The translations under genes were made by a program, and so were the position numbers. The notes under the pieces are model-generated. The model was not told the DNA's origin. It saw only the letters and a program-made list of their open reading frames with translations, and did not search any database. Shown here piece by piece: positions 1 to 12,428 of a stretch of 64,000 nucleotides of DNA. Numbering within the stretch: the first letter of the stretch is position 1; the number at the start of each line of letters is the position of its first letter. Source of the DNA: Mantamonas sphyraenae STR306 (taxonomy: Eukaryota > Protista > CRuMs); assembly GCA_026936335.1 (NCBI GenBank), contig JAPMXV010000059.1, positions 248,001-312,000 on the forward strand. Direction: 5' to 3'.

Positions 1-68
1 GTGCCCCCGCTGACATGTCCTGGTTGGTGTCTGCCACGTGGACCACGTCGCCCACTTTCATCTCAAAG

Positions 69-3000
69 GACCCCTCGGAGAAGGCCATGGTGGCCACAAA
101 CATGGTTGCCATGGCCGGTCCAAAGGATTTTCTGGTTTCGTTTGGCCCCCCATGAGCGTGGTGCGACCAGATGCCACTGCATCCGACGGCCCTGCATCCT
201 TACTGCACGGATCTCTGCACACCACCTCGCTTCTGGCAGGTGGCAATGGCGCTGACGGCAGCAACCGGGTCCAGGGACGCGTTCCGGCCGCCTCCAGCAG
301 CAGCCACGGCGCGGGTAGCGTAGAAGACGACACCACCGAGAGTGAAAGTCGCTCGGAAGACGAATCACATGAAGAGCACTCTCACGAAGGAGTTTCATCG
401 CAGCAGCAAGGGAGCAGGCAGATGTTTGAAGGCGGCAAGGGACGAGTGGCGGGCGGCAAACCGAACGGCGCTGCAGCAGGGGGACGCATGTTTGCACCGC
501 AGACCTACAGCGGACTAAGGGACATGGGCGATGATGGAAAGCCCGTGGGAGCAACGCGGGCGAACAAGAAGCGGCGATCGAAGCGGAACGGGCGAAACGC
601 GAGGGGCGGGTCAACGGGTGGCGGCGTCGATGCAACCGGCAGCCCGGGACGCGCGGCTGTGCAATTGCCGTCCACGGGAAAACGTGGAATGACGCGTAAA
701 GACATTGGGGTGCGCAATGCCAAGCCAGACTGGCTGCGCAAGCATGAACGCGCCGAAAGCGGGCAGAGCAACACTGGGAAGCGGCGTAGCAAAACGGCCG
801 GCGCCACACGACGGCCACTGACGGGAGAGGCGGAAACAGTGCGGCAACGCAGCAGTGGATCGGCGTCGTCACTGAAAGAAGTGTTTGGTTCCTCGTTGAA
901 CGAGGAGGAGATGGCGACGCTGGCAAAGTCGCTGGAACTGGGTCAGGAAAACAGCGAAGATCTGCAGCAGGATGCCATTGTGCAGGACGACAAACTGTTG
1001 ATGAGAGTCAGCGGACACACTCACAGACGCCTGGACCCAATGCACATGGTGGAGACATCGCCGGGCCATGGAGGCACCACCAGCAACGGTGGTGGCCATG
1101 GAAGCGGCGGCGCAGAAGGCAAGCGAAGACACAGCGACGATGTGCTCGTTGTGGCCATGCTGCCCTCCAGCCACGAACAGGAGCTTAAACGACGCCTCAG
1201 TGTGGGCATTGTGGACAAGCAAAACACAGATGGGGACTCACGCGCACTCGCACAAGGGTCAGGAAGAGCAGCGGCGCATCAACAACAACAGCACACACAG
1301 CACGGGGAGCACAGGCGAGCTCAGACTGCCAGTGGAAGCGTACGAAGGCGTCCAAAGACCAGCAGCCATGGCAACGGCAGCGGCACTGGGGTGTTTCGGT
1401 CGGTGGATGACTACGCATCGGCCGTGCGCACGCGTCCTGGCGACACGGACGGTATCAGCCAGTGGGCGTTGGAAGAGGCCGAGTCCTCCGAAGCGCCGCA
1501 GCGATCTCGCAATGGCAACCACAACGAGGAGGGAGACGGGCAGGTGGACGAAGAGTTGGCACACAGTGTCGAGATGAATCTGCGAGAACTGCGCCGTCTG
1601 CAGGCCCGTTCACGTGCAGAGGGCAACACAGCAAGCCTGGATTGGCGTCCTGACCATTGGTACACCACAAAGGGTGGCGGAGAAAATGGGATGTCTGGGC
1701 GCAAGCTGAATGCCACTGCTCCGCCTCAACGAGCAAAGAGTGCATACGAACGATCGCGCGGGCGCTCGGCAGGATCCAAGTTGGATCGTGAGCAAACGGT
1801 GATGGAGGAAGAGAAACGCACCCAGCGTGCATTGCAACGGCGCGCCAGTCGCCGTGCATCAGCGCACGCCGCAGGCAAGTCGCAGGGTGAAGAGCAGGTG
1901 CGGGCACGTGCGCCTCAAAGTGCACACGCATCGGCAAGGCGGACATCGCTGCACAGTCGCGGCGGATCACGAGGGACGGGTGCCGCACAGTCGTCGCAAG
2001 GCCACGCTCGCTCGGAAACGGTGCTCGGATACAACAGGCGACCCACCACCTCGATGGATGTGTATCGTGATGGCAGCAGCAAGTCGAGGAGCCGCGTACA
2101 AACAGAGGAGGAGGACGAGGAGGAGGCCACAACACGACGCCACACAGCCAGGGCACAGAGCGCCGGCGTCCATTCGAGCAGCAGCGGGAACATGTTCCCC
2201 GGGTTGCAGGGCGACGACAACGACGTGGGGAAACATGAGGAGGAACCGCGTGCACGGACATCGATGTCCCTGTCCTCGTCGGCGGGATCGCGGCCACCAC
2301 GCAGTGGCAGCCAGAGCCAAATGGTGCGTTCGACGAGTGCCAAAGTGGATGTGCGCAAACCAAAGGCCCTGGTGCAGCAGGTGGAGGTGGCACGTCAGCG
2401 AGCAGAGGATGATGTGGAGCAGTTTGTCAAGGTTGCCCTGCCTGACCATCTGAACCCGCTGAAGCTGGTGCGAGACACCACAGACGAGGCCAAGGCGACG
2501 TTTGGAGCTATGGAGAGGACGCTAGTGGATGTGTCGCGCAGCTCGGCCACGCCGGACAGAGTGCGCATGGCCATCATCGAGTTTCAGGAGGGCCTTGTGC
2601 AGTTGCGGCGTCGCATGCAACAGCGCGTGGTCAACACAAACCAGCGCGTTCGCAAGGTGGCCATGCGGCCGGAGGATCTGGCGCAGGAATTGGCGTTGTA
2701 TGACGCCCTACAGCGGGAGGTCCTGGAGGCGATGCGGGAGAGGAGCACGCAGACAAACGTGCAGGAGGTGGGACGCAAGCTGAACGAGGCGATTTGGAGG
2801 CGCAGTATGGAGATTGCCACCGTGATGATGGAGCGATCGCATGAGCTGCGAGTGAACTTGGAGGTGCAGCGGCAGCGTGGGGAGGTAGAGTTGGGCGAGG
2901 CCATGGACAAGATCCAAGAGGTGCGTTCACACTACCAGTATCGTGAGCAGATGCTGGAGATGCACATCAAGCACGTGGAGGGCCTGTTGGAGTCCCACGA

Positions 3001-5323
3001 CCAGGAGTTGCGCTTCTTTACCATGTTCAACGAACAGCAGGAAGTGTCGGGCAGCAGGCTGGTGGAATCGCAACAGAAACGCATCGACCAGTTTGTGACC
3101 CAGTTTGAATTGTACAAAGAACACATCCGGGGCCTGGAGAGCAAGCTGGAGAAGGCCGAGGCGTCGCTGGCCACAGCCAACGATCAGGTGCAGATGCGTG
3201 ACAGCACCATCCAAGTCATGAAGGAAGACATGGCCAAGATGCGGCAGCAGATGGAACGCAGCATCCTTGTTGGCCATGGAGGACACGACGACGACGACGA
3301 CGACGACGATGTGCTCAGCTTCCATCACCACTCGCTCTTCTCCGGCAGCGGCGACGAGCGCTGGGACATGGAGCGTCTGCTGATGCTGGGCGAAATCAAG
3401 GATTTGATGGACGAAACAGAGTTTCTGCGCCGTTCGGTGCAGTTTCGTCGAGACCGCCGTGGCAATCGCAGTGACGACTTGGACGGGCAGCTGGACCACG
3501 GGGAGGTGTCTGACGAGGAGGACGAGGGAACCTCTGGGATCCACGGCGTGGAGGAGGATGAGGAGGAGCAGGAGCGGGGAAGCGTGGGAAAGCCGCTGTT
3601 GCAATCGGAAAGGGAGCGTGCCGTGGCGGCGCGCAAGGGAAGCGTGGCCATGCTGAAGAGCAGGCCAAGGCGGACAAACAGCTTCATGGACGATATGCGA
3701 CGCAGCAGCAAGGTGTCGAACGACGTGGCGACCATCAAGGACGAGTGCGACGCGTTGGAGCGACAGATTCTGGTGTCGCATGTGACGAAACTGCGTGCGG
3801 CCAAGAGTTCGGGACTGATTGGGACAGCACACGACCATCCGCTGATGTGGCGATGTGCAGCACAGGCCAGCGGTGTGGATTGGGACGGGAGTGCACAAGC
3901 AGGTGGTCGCAGCTTCAAGTGGATGTGCACACACATCCGGGGTGTGTACCGCATGCGGTTTCGGCAGGTGCAGGACATCCAAACGCAGGATGTGTCTGTG
4001 CTGACGGGCGACGTGCTGGGTGCTCGATTCCCAGAACTTGTGTACAAGTATTTCCTTGGGCGCACGGGACAGAAGGAGCTTGCAGACAGGCAGTGCATGC
4101 ATCTGTTGCAAGGATGCGACTCTCTGCGTTCCGGACGTGTGTGGATCAACCTTTTTTGCACATTCTTGGACGAGGTGAACCCCGTGGCTGCGTTGGACTT
4201 TCTGTTGCATCTGGAACACTACTTTGCTGAGAACGGCGTGGGCATCACGTACGTACCAGACAGTGCCAGCCAGCATCCGCAATGGGTATCGTTGCAGCGT
4301 GCAGTGGACGCGCTGGACGTGTTCTTCCCGCAGATGCGCAGCAACGAGCGTCATCACATGGAAAAGGTGCTGCGGTCCAAGGCGGAGCAGACACCGAGTC
4401 ACGAGGCGAGTTTGATGACGGGGCTGCCCAACACAGTGGAGTCGCGACTGCCGTACGCCAAGTGCTGTCAACAGATGGTGGTGTGGTTCATCGACAAGTC
4501 GTACGTGCCACAGGTGGCGTCGTTGGAGGCAGCGTTCAAAGAGGCGGGCGGATGGACGGGTGAGGCAGGCGAGTATGCGAGCGTGAGCTTGGACGCATTC
4601 CGGCAGCTGATGAAGCGGGAGTATGCAGAGAGGCCCGACGAGGAGGTGGTTGGCGTGTTTTGGCGTTGTGTGCACGAGCAGGCGAGCACTGTGAGCAGCA
4701 CGTATGAGTCGCATCTGGCGTACAGGTTGAGCTGGGACAACATGCTGACGTACATGGACCTGAACCTGTACTTTGTGAGGCATCTGGGCTCGCTGGTGAG
4801 CGGCTCGCGCTTCCCGCTGACGCGGCGTGAAACAGAAGGCCTGCTGGAGCAGCTGGTGGACGGAGGCACGCTGGGCAGGGTGCAGAAACTGGGTGAGCAG
4901 GCACAGGAGAGGCTTGACAACCTGCCACTGGTGAAGCATCACCGAGCACAACTGTGGCAGCAGCGCACACGGCGACTGTGCCTGGAACTGGAAAAGGAGG
5001 TGGTGCAAGGGAGCAATGGTGACCGCATGCTGTTTCTGATGGGACAAGCGTTGGCCATGGCGGTGCGAGTGCACGTGGAGGAGCACACGGTGCTGGGTGA
5101 GTTTCCAGTGGACTACTTTGGGGACGTGGTGGCACATGTGCAGCGCATGCTGCGCGAGAGCAGCTTCTATGGCAGCAAAAGGCAGGACAGAATGGTCAAA
5201 GCGGAGCTGGATCACCCCAAGGCACGGCAGGAGGAGATTGCTGCAAACACTCTGGTGTTGCAGCGGGCCGTGCGCCGTTTCCTTCTCACGCACCAGACAG
5301 TGCCGTGGATGCTGAGCAACTAA
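69..5323 (+). CDS. Large protein, 5'-partial: low-complexity N-terminus, long coiled coil, helical C-terminal region resembling TSNAXIP1/DUF5550-type flagellate proteins, terminal IQ-like motif
   Basis: ORF 38..5323. Bases 1-68 look like an intron end (CTGAC...CAAAG). Coiled coil at ~aa 780-1075; FPELVYKYFLGRTG...WINLFCTFL segment; C-terminal LQRAVRRFL. Family call is from recalled similarity only. Confidence 0.6.
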
Positions 5324-5431
5324 GCAAGCAAAAAGCAAAGAGTGGTGTGCTGGTGTTTGGTGGTGTGGTGTGCGATGGTTGTACAACAACAAAGCGAGAA
5401 AGTCCGTTTTTGGCCCTTTCCTCCGTGCACC

Positions 5432-8400
5432 ATGGCCAATTCGCAGGAGTATGGATGGCTGGTGGACGACCTAAAGGCCAGCAAGCGGGAGGAGGGAAGA
5501 CGGAAACGGGAGGACGTGGAGGTGGAGGTTGGCGTGGAGCTGTACAGTGAGTCGTATCGGCGGCGAGCGAAATCGCGGCGGGAACGGCGGGAGAGGAAGA
5601 AGGAGGAGGAGGAGGAAGGTGGTACAGGCGAAAGGGAGGGGTACTCGCGTTTCCCGAAACTAGTGGAGGCAAAGGTGGACCACAAGCTGGAGGGTCGGGC
5701 AGGGAGGAAACGCAAGCCCAAACGGTCGTTCAAAGACATTCGCAACGAGCTGAATGCGAGCATGCAGGGCGGAGGAAAGATGACTGTGCGTGAGAGCAAG
5801 GAGGGGAGGGAGCGCAAGGAGAAAATCAAGGCATTGTACACAACAGCGGCGCCAGAACCGCCACGGACGACGAGCGAGACAAACACGGGAGGCGAGGAGC
5901 GTGGTGCGGAGGCAGCACAGACACAGCCTGAAGTCACTGCAAGCACAGGTGAAGCACAGGAAGAGCAGAAAGGATCCAAGAGTGCACGGAGTACACAGAG
6001 TGGAGACGAGACGGGCAGGCGTGGGAAAGAGAAGCAGAGGAGCAACGGTCGACGCGTCGGAGAGGGCTCTGGAGTGGCAAAGGAGGCCAATGAGAGCAAG
6101 CAGATGGTGATGAAGGCCAGCGAGTCACGCGAAGATACCGGAGAGGAGGAATTCATGACACCAATCGAGCGCATGCGTGCGCCTGCGCCACTGGAACCGA
6201 TTGAGTGGCAAACGGAGGTGGACGACGACGAGGTGCTGGAGCGAGAGGAGCGCAACGACGGAGGGAGGGAACACAAAGGAGGAAAGCTGGGCACCTGGAT
6301 GCGGCAGATGGAGCAGAAGGAGGCAGCGAGCAAGGGAGGGGAGACCGAAGACGACGAAATCGATGGACGTGAACGGGAGGACGGCGAGAACGAGGAGGAT
6401 GGGAGGGAGCAAGACGAAGACGAAAGGGGACTCGCAGATGATCGGGAGGATGGTACAGACGAGGAGGCACACGGAGGTGTGTCCGAGGAGGAAGAGAGGG
6501 AGGACGCTGGGGACAACGAAGTCATTCGACGTCGCACGCCGACGCCGTCGCCGTCGCCACCAAGTACGCCTTCACCGGAAGTCAAAACACCCGAGCCAAC
6601 AGAGTTTGAGCTGCCGCGGCCGTACGCGCTGAAAATGGAGGTTGCCGAAACACCTGCGGAGTTGCTGAGTGTGGAGCTGGCCATTGTACAGGAGGTGAAT
6701 CTGGCGCGTACGAACCCGCGTGGGTATGCGAAGATGCTGGAGGCAGAGTTGGAGGCACATGTGGATCATCTGGGAGTGTGGCGACGGCACAAGCACCATC
6801 CAGGAGTGCAGTTGCGGGAAGGCCCCGCCGTGTTTAAAGAGGCAGCCGTATGGCTACGTGAGCAGAAGCCTGTGCGTGCACTGGAATACTCGCGAGGGTT
6901 GTCGCTGGCGGCGAGGGATCACTGTGCGGATTTGGGGTCGACGGGCAGAACGGGACACGGAAGCACCCACGGAGGCGGACCGTCGGAACGGTGCCAGAAG
7001 TACGGGGAGTTTGGAAGTGGGTGGTCCGGGTGCACGGAGAATCTTGCGTACGGACTGTGGCAGCCGCGGGACATTGTGATGTACTTGTTGGTGGACGACG
7101 GGGTGGAAACACGCGGTCACAGGACGAATCTGATGCGGAAGGAGGACACACTGATGGGAGTGGGGCTGGGTCAGCATCAGGCGTACGACTGGGTGTGCAC
7201 AATGGTGACGGCTACACGGTTTCGAGAGATTCCGGTGGTGCGCAACAGCAACGACAACGTAAACGTGCTTGCTGTGGAGCTGGCGGAGATGGGGGAGGCG
7301 TCGCATGCGCTGAACGTGACAGACATCGAACTGGACACGGATCTGGTGTATCCCGTGTCACACGTGTCGCAGCCTGTGATTTGCGAGGAGCCATTGCTGC
7401 GGATGCGGTTCGCCAACCCGCAGGGCAAGTCGTTGAGTGCGCAGCTGTACCACGACGACGACGTGTCGGACCGCAAACGGGTGTTGGTTCACCACGTGCC
7501 TGCGCACATGGACCGCCGGGCGCTGGTGGAACTGGTGTTGTACTTTGATCGGCGCGGGAAGCACACGCTGGTGCTTTTTGCGGACTACGAAAACATTGGG
7601 AGCATCAGCATCGAGGCGCACCGGGTGATTAGTACGGAGGTGCTGTTCCCAAACATGTACTACCACTTTGCGGGCTATGTGTATGCGCCGGTGACGCCGA
7701 ACATCTTGGTGGGCGACGTGGTGGACTTTAAGCTGGAGGTGCCCGGGGCCAAGTGCGTAAAGGTGGGCGGCACGTACATGGATCGAGTGAACAAGGGCAC
7801 AGTACAGGGAGTGGAGACATTCACGTTTGCGGGCAAGGTGCGGATTCGGGCGCAGGAAATCACAGTGTGGAAGTCGGACAAGCTGGAGGCGGAGGAAATG
7901 GAGCGCAACTATGGGAGTGGAATGCTGCAAGGGGTCATGCAATTCTTTGCGCACCATCGAAGTGGACTGGAGTACGAGATTAGCGGGACGATCCGGGGCC
8001 AACAAGGCACTTCAGGGGCAGACGGTGGGCAGGGAGGCAGGAGAGGTCGCAGCAGCAGCAGCAGCGGAGGTGGAAACGTGCGCAATGAGAGCAACAAGGG
8101 CAAGTCGAAAGCGGCGGCAGCAGGGAGTGGAGTGCTGGGCAGCGTGCTGGACGTGCTGCGCTCAAGAGGATGGCAACAAAGAGGAAGAAGAGGAAGACAT
8201 CCTGGCGGGAGTCAAAGCGTTGGAACTGAACGCAGGGAGGCAACGCAAGCTGGCAGCTGTGAAGCGGCGGGAAGAGGCAGAGGCGGAGCGGGAAGCCAAA
8301 GGACGGAGTGGATTTGCAGGCACGCTGGCACACGCACAAGCGTTGCTGGAACGACGGTTTGACGAAAGCCACAGTCCACAAGCGGGAGTGAGTTTCATGC

Positions 8401-9047
8401 ACGTGCCTGGATTTGTGATCCGGTCGCCTCGCAAGGGGGAGGAGGCGGAGCGAGCGCTGCACTCGCCTGAGCTGGAGGAGATGGCGCGAGACTACGAGTT
8501 GAAGAAGCTGCGGCAAGGGTCAAAGAGGAAGAAGGAGAAACAGATGGCAGAGAGGATGCGGTTTATCGGCAATGTGGACTCGTCCAGTCTGAGTGGAACG
8601 GGCGCAGGAGGTGGTGGAGAAAAGGTGAGCGCGGCCGGGCAGATGAGCGAGGAGGAGCTGATGGAAGAGGTGCGGCGAAAAAGCGAAATGATGCAACGGA
8701 AGCGAGCAGAGAAGCGGGAACGACAGCTGGCGGCACGAAAGGCAAAACGAGAGGCAGAGACGAAGGAAAGGCAGCGGGCGATGGAGAGGCACGAATTGAC
8801 GCGGCGTCGATTCCAGCGGGCTCTGGGGGCAGTGACAAGCAAGAACAAAGAGGAGGCACGTGTACGAGGAAACACGCTGGGCCGCACGATGAGCAGTGGT
8901 CTGCGACCAACCGGAGAACTGTCGCCGCGTGCAGTGAATTCGTTTTCACAGGCAGCGCAGCTGCAGCGGGTCAAGATGACGAGCCACCTGCGAACGATGA
9001 GTGGCGGCGTGCGTAGTGCGAGGGGATTGGGGGGAGGGCATGGGTGA
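5432..9047 (+). CDS. CAP/SCP-domain protein with acidic N-terminus, KY/transglutaminase-associated Ig-like domains and charged coiled-coil tail; one frame break near 8160
   Basis: ATG at 5432. CAP motifs EVNLARTNP, LSLAARDHCADLG, ENLAYG, LLVDDG..RGHRTNL, GVG. Protein-like sequence moves from ORF 5342..8362 to ORF 7827..9047 at ...LDVLR/AQEDGNKEE. Confidence 0.7.
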
Positions 9048-9091
9048 ACACAGAGCAACAATGGAAGATTTTGTTTTGTTTGCGCAGGCGG

Positions 9092-10585
9092 TCATCGTGG
9101 ATCGAGAAAGTCTTCGCGGTTGCGTTTCTGCGAGTCGCGGAGGACGTTGCCACGGTTGTCCAGAGATTCGCCTTGTGGGTCGTCCTGGTCGAGGGCGTCG
9201 AAACGAAGGGCGGTGCGGACGGGTGAGGGTTTGCCGCTGTCGTCGTCACTGTCGCCAAAGTCGAGACGGCGGGAGAAGACCTTGCGTTGGGAGGAGGTTG
9301 GCAGACGAGCCACAACGCCCAGAGTGTCCTCGTCCACATTTTCGGTTTCCGTGTCGTCTGCAGTGTTGTTGCTGGGCGAGAAGCCGGGCAGATGGTCGTC
9401 TGCGGGCTCCTCAAAATAGTCGTCGTCGTCATCACCGTAGAAGGAGAGGGTAGCAGAGTTGTGGAATCGTGCCGAAGTGGCGTTTGTGTCAAAGGAGGAA
9501 GCGACATGTTTTTCGGCGGAAGAGCTGTGGGTGGCGGTGGACGACGGGTGGCTGGTCTCCTCGGCACCCAGCTGGCGGTAGTTGTACACAAAGTTGTACT
9601 GCTTGATGGTCTGCAGTGCAGCATGTCCGAGCATGTCACGGATGCAGTCGATGACAGACTGGCCATCGAGGTCGGTGGTGTGGAAAAGGTAGGTGGCGAG
9701 GATGACGCTGGAGCGGCCGAGGATGTTGTAGCATTGGATAGCGATGCGAGCATTCTCATGCAGGCGGTCGCTTAGAAGGGGAATCTGAGGAAACGCGGGG
9801 GTAAAATTGCAGGGAGGAGACACGTGTGAGCGGGGGAAGGGGCGGGCTGAATGAAGAGGAGGGTGATCACAGAGCCCAACGCACAATGTCATCGATCTGA
9901 TCGGATGTGGGCAGCGCATCGTCGGCAATTGGAAAGTGGTGAACCTGGATGCCACGCAAGTCGTACTCGGCAAACAGCCGAGAGGATTTGATCCTGTGGG
10001 GACGGGAGCGAGGACGGGGCAAAGAGGGTGCGGGGTGATCAGCAGGGCGGACTGGAAACAGGCGGCGTTCTCGTAGGCGAGCAAGCATCACGTACCAATT
10101 GAGTTCATGTTCGGGCTGCAGTGAAATGACCTCTGTGATGCCCAGGTCTTGGAGGACATCTGCAAGGGGATGGAGGTGCACCTGGGGTCAGCGGGGTTTG
10201 TTGTGATCAGGATCAGGATCAGGCGCAAGGAAGAAAACAAACGCACCGAGATCAGCCTTCATGTTTCGCTTCTTGCCGTTGACCTTGCACCCTGGACTCT
10301 GAGTGAGCACAAGGAGGGGCTCAGCATCTGTGGGCAGGAACTGGGTGTCGACAGTGGCCATCTGGAAGGCAGGGAGCTGCAGAGAGCGACGGGGTCAGCG
10401 TTGTTGGCAGGCACACGAGGACCGCATGGGCGGTGGCATGCAAGCGGGGCGTAGCGTACATCGTTGTCGTAGGAGTCTTCGTCGGAGGAGTCAAACTCGT
10501 TAACACGCCACTGGCGCTGGCGCTTGACGGATGCAAAGTCGTCGTCATCGTCTGACCAGGCGTCATGTGGAGCGGCGCTGGACAT
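9092..10585 (-). CDS. CDKN3: CDKN3/KAP-like dual-specificity phosphatase with acidic C-terminal extension (5 exons)
   Basis: Spliced product contains EFDSSDE, SPGCKVNGKKRN, HHFPIADDALP, QCYNILGRS (CX5R) and ALQTIKQYNF, paralleling CDKN3 motifs (EFDSSDEE, LPGCKF, HHPIADG, HCYGGLGRS, AIQTIKQYNY). Confidence 0.8.
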
Positions 10586-10635
10586 GGCAAAAGAAAAGTG
10601 CTTTGTTTGGATTGGCAGGCGTCCGCAGAGGAACC

Positions 10636-12240
10636 ATGGAGGAGCAACAAGGGCAGGTCAATACAGGTGTGAACGGGGACGAGGTACGGGAGCTGAAGGG
10701 CAAGGTGTCGCGGCTGCAGAAGGAGCTGAAGACGCTGGCGGCGTGGAAACGGAGTGCGGCCGGGAAGCAGAAGCAGGCCAGCAAAACGGCACAGGCGTTC
10801 AAACGGGCACACGAAGAAACCATGGAAGAGCTGGAGCGTGTACGTGGCCAAGAGAGGACGATACGCGAGGCATGGGAGGGGCGCGAGGCACAAGTGAAAC
10901 ATTTGCAGGAGGCTGTGCGCAGGCAGTCAGAGCGAAACGCAGCCATGACACAGGAGATGCATGGGCTGCAAGAGGCGTTCTCTGGGGCGCAGGCACAGTT
11001 GAGGGCATTGCAAGCGACCAACGGGCAGCTGGAGGAGCTGCTTGCCCAGCGAGCAGCTGGCACAAAGTCTGTGGACAGTGTGGTGGCACAGGAGCGCTCC
11101 AAGGTGCAGGAAGCGATGCGAGAGTTGGAGAAGGCGCGTATGGAAGGGAAGAGATGGCGAGAGCGGGCCGAGGTGGCGGAAGATGAAGTACGGGGAGCGC
11201 GTCAAGCGATGCAGCTGGCGAGCGACATGCACCGAGAGGTAGAGTCGCTGCGGGAAGCAATGGGACAATTGGAGGCGGAGAGAGCGATGGTGGGGATGGA
11301 ATTGGAGCGGTGTTTGGAGGAGAATGCCGTGGTGCGCAGGGAGGCGGAGGCTTTGCAGGGTCGCGTGGAGAGACTGCAGGCGAGCGCGGTGCTACTGAAG
11401 GAGAAGGAGGAAGAGGTGAGGCGGGTGGAAAGAGAGTTGGAGGAGTGGAAGAAGACGGCGGAGGAGATGAAGGAAGGTAGAGCTGGGGCCGAGGCAAGAG
11501 CTGTGGAAGCGGAACGGGCGCTGAGGGAGCAGAGTGTGCAGGAACGGCAGTTGCAGGTGGAACTAAGACGTGTCAAGAAACAGGCAACCGAGATGGAGAA
11601 GCGTGCAGAGGTCGCAGAGGCTGGGAAACGAGACGCTGAAGCAGAAGGGGAATCGATGCGGCAGCGATGGAACAAGGATGTGTCCGAGCTGCAGAGAGTG
11701 GAGAGGGAACGCGGAGAAGCATTGAGGGAAGAGGCAATGCGTGGGCGTGAGCTTCAGGCACGCGTGGACAAGCTGCAAATGGACGTACGTGTGGCACAGA
11801 AAGAGCGAGACGAGGCGGTGGCAGACAAGGCGAGCGGAGGAAAGGAGCTGGAGGAAAAGGTGACACAAGCAGAGAACAGGGCGCGAAGGTGGCGGGAACA
11901 GTTGGAGGCAGCAGAGGCGGAGCGTGATGCAGCAGTGGGGGCGCAGGATGACCTGAACGCGCAGTTGCGCGAGGCCAAGGAGGCGTGTGCTCGGGAAACA
12001 CGACGGAGGGAGGCGAGCGAGGAAGAGGCACGCATGTTTGCGTCCAGCGCATCGAGGTCGAGCAAGGAGGCGTCGTCGGAGAGGCTGCGTGTGGCGGAGC
12101 TTCAGCATGAGCTGCAAGTGTGTCAGGAGGAGCTTGAAGCATGCCAGGGGAGGATAGCACGCATGGAAGTGGACATGCAGCGTCTTGCCAAGCTGGCTGG
12201 GAGTGGAGCAGGGCATGGGGCGCGTGACGGGGCGAGGTAG
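10636..12240 (+). CDS. Long all-coiled-coil protein (E/R/A/Q-rich), function unknown
   Basis: ORF 10531..12240, ATG at 10636 in ACCATGG context. Continuous heptad-like composition; no enzyme motifs. Confidence 0.7.
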   Translation: MEEQQGQVNTGVNGDEVRELKGKVSRLQKELKTLAAWKRSAAGKQKQASKTAQAFKRAHEETMEELERVRGQERTIREAWEGREAQVKHLQEAVRRQSERNAAMTQEMHGLQEAFSGAQAQLRALQATNGQLEELLAQRAAGTKSVDSVVAQERSKVQEAMRELEKARMEGKRWRERAEVAEDEVRGARQAMQLASDMHREVESLREAMGQLEAERAMVGMELERCLEENAVVRREAEALQGRVERLQASAVLLKEKEEEVRRVERELEEWKKTAEEMKEGRAGAEARAVEAERALREQSVQERQLQVELRRVKKQATEMEKRAEVAEAGKRDAEAEGESMRQRWNKDVSELQRVERERGEALREEAMRGRELQARVDKLQMDVRVAQKERDEAVADKASGGKELEEKVTQAENRARRWREQLEAAEAERDAAVGAQDDLNAQLREAKEACARETRRREASEEEARMFASSASRSSKEASSERLRVAELQHELQVCQEELEACQGRIARMEVDMQRLAKLAGSGAGHGARDGAR

Positions 12241-12428
12241 CCCAAAAAAGGCAGGTGTTCCAGAACCAATCTCCACAGGGTGCGTAGTGCAACCAAACTT
12301 TCACAGGCGTATGTACAGGCAGTGTTGAGTCCATCGCAGCACTTGTGTTTGTGTGGGGTTCGAAAGTGGATGCGGGGCGAGTGCGTTTGCCGAACCAGGA
12401 AAATTCACGAGCATCTTTCAAAACAACC

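Noticed and set aside
2927-5392. Long antisense ORFs (also 24114-25817, 28300-29200, 32780-34423, 38796-39869, 55060-56679)
   Set aside because: These are shadows of real genes on the other strand. GC-rich codon usage rarely gives TTA/CTA/TCA, so antisense frames stay open, and they carry no motifs.
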